In this document: positions 58,681-64,000 of the stretch, piece by piece
Position numbering within the stretch: position 1 is the stretch's first letter
Layout of the letters: each line of letters starts with the position of its first letter
Source: an uncultured Clostridia bacterium
Lineage (GTDB): Bacteria > Acidobacteriota > Aminicenantia > JBFLYD01 > JBBIMS01
Assembly (NCBI GenBank): GCA_964531645.1
Contig: CAZHEF010000001.1
Location: 227,750 to 291,749 of the forward strand
Reading direction: 5' to 3'
DNA: 64,000 nt
Notes under the pieces: generated by a model
The model's database searches: none
Seen by the model: the letters and a program-made list of their open reading frames with translations, nothing else
Told to the model about the DNA's origin: nothing
Program-made: the position numbers and the translations under genes

Positions 58681-59801
58681 GTCTAATTTCTGATGCTTTG
58701 AAGGAAGCCCAGAGAAAGAGAGGAGAGAAAAGAGAAAGCCCTCCCTCACTCCCCACTTCTTCACTACCAGAAAGAAAAAGGAAGAGGCAAAGACCTTTTT
58801 TAGGTCTGACAGTTTTTGCTGGCATCCTCCTTGCATTCTTGGTATTTTTCTATTTTCAAATGGATAAAATATTAAAAATCAGAAACAGAAATATTGTAAA
58901 GCCTGCAACTTCCCGGATAGAAATGGAGGAGTCAAAACCTCCGATGGTAGGGACAAAAACGGAGAGTATTGAAATCAAAAAAGAAACTACTGAAAACTTG
59001 GTTCAAACAAATACACTGCCTGAAAACCAGAAAAGTGAGCCAAAAGAAAAAACAAGCTTTTCCCTGCAACCTATTCCTGAGATACCTCCTCCACATCTAA
59101 AGCAGAAAAATGAGAAAAAGGAAATAATACCCCAAAAAATCCATGAAGAAATTCCTGCTATGGGAGAGGAGAAGGAGGTCGGACAGATTGAAATAATCAG
59201 GTCTTCAACTTCATCAGAAAAATCCGAAATGGAAGAGAAATTCTTGGAGATTGAAAGGGCTGAGAAAAATAATGACTGGGGAAAAGCTTGTTCACTTTGG
59301 GAAAAAATAATAGAAAAAAATGAGAAGAAAGAATATTTCCTGAATGCGGGGGTAGCATATAAAAATACAGGAAATTGGAATAGGGCGGAAGAGCTATTCC
59401 TTAAAGCCCTCGCTCTTGACCCCCGTTATCTCTCTGCCTTGAACAATCTTGGAGTCCTTTATCTTGAAAAAAAAGATTATGATAAAGCCATTGAATATCT
59501 TGGGAATGCTCTAAGAATATCCCCCGAAGATTCGGAAATTTATGTTAACATTGGAATTGCTTTTTTTAAAAAGAATGAATTTCAGAAAGCTGTTGCCTGT
59601 TTTGACGAAACATTAAAGCTAAACAGTAAGCTTTATCAACCCTATTATTATCTCGGAATCATTTATCTTAATCAAAGGGATAGGGAAAAAGCTTTATTTA
59701 ATTTTATTAAGCTACTTGAAATAGCCCCGGAAGATTTCTCTCCTGAATTGAGAAAATGGGTAAAGGAAAAAATAGATATATTGAGAATTCCCAATCCTTG
59801 A
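58677..59801 (+). CDS. bitopic TPR-repeat protein (MshN/ExeB-like partner of the AAA ATPase)
   Basis: N-terminal TM segment, charged Pro/Glu-rich linker, C-terminal TPR repeats (ALDPRYLSALNNLGVLY, etc.). Confidence 0.6.
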   Translation: MSLISDALKEAQRKRGEKRESPPSLPTSSLPERKRKRQRPFLGLTVFAGILLAFLVFFYFQMDKILKIRNRNIVKPATSRIEMEESKPPMVGTKTESIEIKKETTENLVQTNTLPENQKSEPKEKTSFSLQPIPEIPPPHLKQKNEKKEIIPQKIHEEIPAMGEEKEVGQIEIIRSSTSSEKSEMEEKFLEIERAEKNNDWGKACSLWEKIIEKNEKKEYFLNAGVAYKNTGNWNRAEELFLKALALDPRYLSALNNLGVLYLEKKDYDKAIEYLGNALRISPEDSEIYVNIGIAFFKKNEFQKAVACFDETLKLNSKLYQPYYYLGIIYLNQRDREKALFNFIKLLEIAPEDFSPELRKWVKEKIDILRIPNP

Positions 59802-59828
59802 CAAAAAATCTTTTAAAAGCTAAAATTT

Positions 59829-61352
59829 TTGATGATTCCTATTTTAAAAATAGTAATATTAACTTTATATTTCTTACTTCTTCTGATCCTCTCACTCTAC
59901 GGGATTCACCGATATATTTTGTTATACCTCTTTTTTAAGTATAAAAACAGGATAAGCTGTCCCAGAGCTTATTTCCGTGGAGAAGACCTTCCTAAGGTAA
60001 CGGTTCAGCTACCTATTTACAATGAGGTATATGTTGTTGGAAGACTTATAGATGCTGTTTGCAGGCTTGATTACCCGAAAGAGAAACTGGAAATTCAGGT
60101 TCTTGATGACTCCACGGACGAGACAAAAGATATTGCAATGGCTCAGGTGGAGAAGTATAAGAATCTTGGCTTCAACATCAAATATTTTCACAGGGATTCA
60201 AGAAAAGGATTCAAAGCGGGTGCTCTCCAGGAAGGTCTTTTAAAGGTAGAGGGTGATTTTGTAGCCATATTTGATGCAGACTTTATACCAAATCCTGATT
60301 TTCTGAAAAGAACCATTCACTATTTCACTGATGAATCCATTGCTCTCGTGCAGGCAAGATGGGGTCATATCAATCGAGAGTTCTCTTTCCTCACCATGGT
60401 TCAGTCCATACTCCTCGATGGGCATTTTATTGTAGAGCATGTGGCAAGGAACAGGTCGGGAAGATTCTTTAACTTTAATGGGACAGCTGGAATATGGAGA
60501 AAGGTTGCAATATTCCAGGCGGGGGGTTGGGATGGTTCAACTCTTGCAGAGGATTTAGACCTGAGTTACAGGGCTCAACTCCTTGGCTGGAAATTCGTTT
60601 ATTTGCCCGATTTCTCGGTCCCGGCTGAATTGCCTGTTGATATAAATGGTTTTAAAAACCAACAGCACAGATGGGCAAAGGGCTCTGTGCAGGCGGCAAT
60701 GAAGCTTCTTCCAAAAATAGTGAAGGCAAAAATCCCTTTAAAAATAAAAATAGAAGCTTTCTTCCATTTAACGGGAAACTTTACATTCCCCCTTATGATT
60801 CCACTTTCTCTTCTTGTTTTCCCAACAGTTATAATTAGAAAAGGACTTGGATTATACGATATGGTTATTGTTGACCTACCCCTTTTCTTATTCGCTACAG
60901 GTTCCTTTGCTTTATTCTATGCTCTTGCCCAGAAGGAACTTTATGCAGACTGGGACAGAAATATAAAATACATCCCTTTTGTCCTCTCTCTTGGGGTTGG
61001 ACTTTCCATAAACAATACAATAGCTGTTCTTGAGGCTTTGAAGGGGAAAAAATCTGAATTTGTCAGAACTCCAAAATTTGGAATAGAAGGAAAGAATCAA
61101 TCCTGGGTGGGGAAAAGATACAGAGGGAATCGAAGTTATATTCCTTATCTTGAACTTGCAATGACAATATACTTTGTGATGGTAATTATGGGCGCTTTTA
61201 TTACTGAAATTTATATGACGATTCCTTTCCTCCTTATTTTCTTCTTTGGCTATGTTTATCTTACTTATCTCTCATTCTTCCAGCATAAAAAACCCCTTGA
61301 AATTTATCCTCTCGAACCTCATAAAGCGAAGAGTTTTATACCCAGAAAGTAG
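59829..61352 (+). CDS. processive family-2 glycosyltransferase (cellulose-synthase-like / CslA-like polysaccharide synthase)
   Basis: D, DxD, D and QQHRW motifs. TM helices at both termini. No PilZ domain. Confidence 0.8.
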   Translation: MMIPILKIVILTLYFLLLLILSLYGIHRYILLYLFFKYKNRISCPRAYFRGEDLPKVTVQLPIYNEVYVVGRLIDAVCRLDYPKEKLEIQVLDDSTDETKDIAMAQVEKYKNLGFNIKYFHRDSRKGFKAGALQEGLLKVEGDFVAIFDADFIPNPDFLKRTIHYFTDESIALVQARWGHINREFSFLTMVQSILLDGHFIVEHVARNRSGRFFNFNGTAGIWRKVAIFQAGGWDGSTLAEDLDLSYRAQLLGWKFVYLPDFSVPAELPVDINGFKNQQHRWAKGSVQAAMKLLPKIVKAKIPLKIKIEAFFHLTGNFTFPLMIPLSLLVFPTVIIRKGLGLYDMVIVDLPLFLFATGSFALFYALAQKELYADWDRNIKYIPFVLSLGVGLSINNTIAVLEALKGKKSEFVRTPKFGIEGKNQSWVGKRYRGNRSYIPYLELAMTIYFVMVIMGAFITEIYMTIPFLLIFFFGYVYLTYLSFFQHKKPLEIYPLEPHKAKSFIPRK

Positions 61353-61371
61353 TTTTGAAACCCCAAACTTC

Positions 61372-63678
61372 TTAATGTGTAATCATAAGTATTCTTTTAC
61401 CATCAGGTATTTCTTCCATTTTTCTGTAATCTCCTGAGACATAAAGTTTTATCTGGTCATCATAGTTTTTGCTTAAAAAATTGCCACTCTGTCCCGACGA
61501 ATTTACCATAATTGACCTTGAGAAGTCAGAGAAATCGATGATCATCCTGAAAGCAGATGAGCCAGTTACTCTGAAGTCTTTCCCCCTGTAAAATCCTGCA
61601 AAATGCACACATCCCCTTCCTCCCTTCATAAAATATGGGCCACGATTGAAAATATATTTCAAAAATGGGATTGAGCCAAAAGGATGGTTGTAATAAATCA
61701 GATGTGTTTCTTCCCAATCAATTTTCTCCCTTCCTTTGTAATCCTCTTTATACTTCTCGTAAGTATCAACAAGACTTTTCTCCACAATCTCTTTAAAACT
61801 TTCTTTCTTTTCAGTTCTCAAATCATCAATCCAGCAATAAAAATTTTCATCTTCACTACCATCAGGATAATTCATTATTCTATATGTCCAGCTTGTAGAT
61901 ACAAGTCTTCTTCCATTTACGTCTTTGAAATTGTCCTCAAAAATATTCTTTGCAAGGAAATATTCGAAATTATAGAAAAGATAAGGAGCAAACCCACCGT
62001 CAATTTTAAAATCCCAATCCTTAAAATACTTCATAACAAAATTAGCCTTTTCAGATTTGAAATTAATTTTTTTAATTTTTTTTATTATAAATTCTGCTCC
62101 CTTATGTAAAGTGTCTGTCTGGATTCTTTTCATGTCTTCAAGGGTCAATTTCTTTTTGCTTTTTACAAGCTCTTCAATTCTGTCTGCTCTGAAAAATGGT
62201 CCCCAGCTTTTCGAAAAAATTGGTATCTCATTTTCGGGTAGAACAGGATTATTGGCAGTGACTATAAATCCTCTTTCCGGATTTATAAGATATAGTTTTT
62301 TATCTTCCTCCCAGAAACCTTTCCATAGATCTTCATCTCCTTGACTAGGAAGAGGCAAAGAGCCATCTCCTTTACTCCTTATCGGGATAAGACCTGCTGG
62401 AAAATAACCTATATTACCTTCTCTATCTGCAAAAACAATGTTCTGGGCTGGAGAGGAAAATTTTTTCAGAGCTGAAAGAAACTCCTCATAGTTTCTTGAG
62501 AGATTCATTTCAAAAAATGCCTCTATTGTTTTTGAAGGATAATCTGTAACAGTCTGAATTCCCAGATAAAGTTCTCCAAATTTTCTTACTCTTCCAAAAT
62601 CTGTTAGTTTAACATCCTTTGTGACCTCTCCGATCCCCTTTACCTTTATAATTTTTTTCAAAACTTTAAACTCCTTCCACTTTCCGTTCCATAAATACTG
62701 ATTTCCATTTTCAGGGTTAATTTTGAGAATATAATAATCAATAACATCAGACTCTATATTGGTAAAACCCCAACCGATATTTTTGTTTCTTCCAATTATA
62801 ATAAATGGTGTTCCTGGCAAAGTGTTACCGCAAAGTTCAATTTCTCCACTCCTTGCATAAATCTGGTAAAAATAGGATGGGAATCTGAGGTCAAGATGGG
62901 GGTCGTTGGCAAGATATGGAAAACCTGTATCAGTAAGATTTCCTGAAATTACCCAGTTGTTACTTCCTATCCCTTCCATAGAAATCGAGGAGAGTTCTTC
63001 ACCAAAGATTTTTTCTTTTAAATTATTATATTCCTCTTCCTTGACAATGCTTGTGCTGAAGTTTCCATAAATTAATTTTTTTGCTTTCTCAAAGCCAAGA
63101 GCATTTACAATTTGATAATTATAAAGCTCAGAACCATCCCTGCAGAGAATATTTTCCATTACCTTTAAAATGCATAGGGAGTCCTTTTCGCTCCATTTCT
63201 CAGGTTTATAATTCAAAATCTTAAACTCGATGGGAAGATTCTGAGTCTCAATAAAATAATTAATCCCCTCTGAATAATGCTCAATTAGCTCTTTTATTTT
63301 TGGGTTAATTATATCCATTTCCCTTTTAATGTATTCCTCCACAAGTATTTCTTTCTGACTGATGTCTGAGTCAAGAGTTATCTTACCAAATATCTCCGAC
63401 AATCTTCCCTGAGCCATTCTTCTGATCAGCTCCATCTGATAGAGTCTGTCCTGGGCATGGACAAATCCAATGGCAAAGAAAAGGTCTTCAATGTTTTCTG
63501 CTCTTATAAAAGGGACTCCCCATCTGTTCCTTTCAATCTCAATCCTATTTTGAACTTTATCTGTCTTCAAAATCCCCTTAGTCTTTGGAAGAATGGAACG
63601 AAGCCAAAGGAAAAGGGAAAAGGAGAAAACTATAATAATTAAGAATAAAACCATTAAAGCTTTTTTCAATAATTTCAT
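61372..63678 (-). CDS. penicillin-amidase-family (S45 Ntn-hydrolase) acylase, possibly an N-acyl-homoserine-lactone acylase
   Basis: 768 aa, signal peptide. SNNWVISG matches the processed N-terminal Ser nucleophile region of S45 acylases. Confidence 0.85.
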   Translation of the reverse strand: MKLLKKALMVLFLIIIVFSFSLFLWLRSILPKTKGILKTDKVQNRIEIERNRWGVPFIRAENIEDLFFAIGFVHAQDRLYQMELIRRMAQGRLSEIFGKITLDSDISQKEILVEEYIKREMDIINPKIKELIEHYSEGINYFIETQNLPIEFKILNYKPEKWSEKDSLCILKVMENILCRDGSELYNYQIVNALGFEKAKKLIYGNFSTSIVKEEEYNNLKEKIFGEELSSISMEGIGSNNWVISGNLTDTGFPYLANDPHLDLRFPSYFYQIYARSGEIELCGNTLPGTPFIIIGRNKNIGWGFTNIESDVIDYYILKINPENGNQYLWNGKWKEFKVLKKIIKVKGIGEVTKDVKLTDFGRVRKFGELYLGIQTVTDYPSKTIEAFFEMNLSRNYEEFLSALKKFSSPAQNIVFADREGNIGYFPAGLIPIRSKGDGSLPLPSQGDEDLWKGFWEEDKKLYLINPERGFIVTANNPVLPENEIPIFSKSWGPFFRADRIEELVKSKKKLTLEDMKRIQTDTLHKGAEFIIKKIKKINFKSEKANFVMKYFKDWDFKIDGGFAPYLFYNFEYFLAKNIFEDNFKDVNGRRLVSTSWTYRIMNYPDGSEDENFYCWIDDLRTEKKESFKEIVEKSLVDTYEKYKEDYKGREKIDWEETHLIYYNHPFGSIPFLKYIFNRGPYFMKGGRGCVHFAGFYRGKDFRVTGSSAFRMIIDFSDFSRSIMVNSSGQSGNFLSKNYDDQIKLYVSGDYRKMEEIPDGKRILMITH

Positions 63679-63863
63679 CTTTCACTCCTTTCCTTAGCTT
63701 TAAACTAAATTTTAATTTTGGAGAATCTTATTTGCAAACTCGTAATGAAAATTTGACATTGGTTTTTTAGGATAGTATAAAAAAATAGGTTATGATGTCT
63801 GTCAACAAAAATTCATTAACAGCCTTTTTCCCCTTAATGTAAGGAGCATATAAATAAAGGCTA

Positions 63864-64000
63864 TGCAAGAGTTATGCGAGCGCATAGACGCATTACTTAG
63901 CAAGAGCGAGCAGGTCTTGTCTACACAAAAGCCTCCTCCGCCGAACGTGATCAGCGCCCCCACCGTTGACCATGGCGCTTTTGTTGAATGGCAGACTCAA
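63864..64000 (+). CDS. 5' end of a GC-rich ORF of foreign-looking composition (MQELCERIDALLSKSEQVLSTQKPPPPNVISAPTVDHGAFVEWQTQ...)
   Basis: ATG preceded by AAGGAG. GC and GC3 far above the rest of the window. Runs off the window edge. Confidence 0.35.

Noticed and set aside
59829-61352. BcsA-type cellulose synthase with a C-terminal PilZ domain
   Set aside because: The GT2 core motifs are present, but the C-terminus lacks the RxxxR / DxSxxG PilZ signature, so I call only a generic processive GT2.

Overview
This is an AT-rich (about 35% GC) bacterial chromosomal segment, probably Gram-negative given KDO/LPS genes, Lpt and type IV pilus/T2SS-like machinery. It is densely packed with about 55 protein genes on both strands. 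I found no rRNA, tRNA, CRISPR array or obvious insertion sequence. Gene blocks, in order:

- An isochorismatase / FAD-oxidoreductase / radical-SAM operon.
- A periplasmic GH3 (NagZ-like) glycosidase fused to a beta-lactamase/PBP-like domain.
- RidA and threonine synthase.
- Der GTPase.
- A Memo-like gene with a frameshift.
- Aminotransferase, mtnA and tsaD.
- A GT-C membrane glycosyltransferase.
- A Tat-signal class V aminotransferase.
- Citrate synthase.
- A ybhGFSR-like HlyD/ABC-2 exporter run together with an S9 peptidase, a DUF502 protein, a SpoIVB-like (S55) peptidase and a secreted beta-propeller protein. The S55 peptidase has its Ser motif N-terminal to its His motif.
- A parS / parA / parB / bactofilin locus with a perfect parS palindrome at the parA start.
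- kdsB / pyrG / kdsA / kdsD / kdsC followed by a fused lptF-lptG permease.
- A BFN nuclease, an Ntn-hydrolase peptidase and an aconitase-family enzyme.
- A ribBA / HEAT-repeat / cNMP-binding operon.
- A P-type ATPase.
- An MSHA-type (MshE/G/I/J/K/L/M/N-like) pilus/secretion assembly cluster without pilin genes, followed by a processive GT2 synthase.
- A penicillin-amidase-family acylase.

The last ~140 nt switch abruptly to GC-rich, GC3-biased coding sequence, which suggests a foreign element or an assembly junction. Functional calls rest on motifs I could read directly in the ORF translations. I could not run any database searches.
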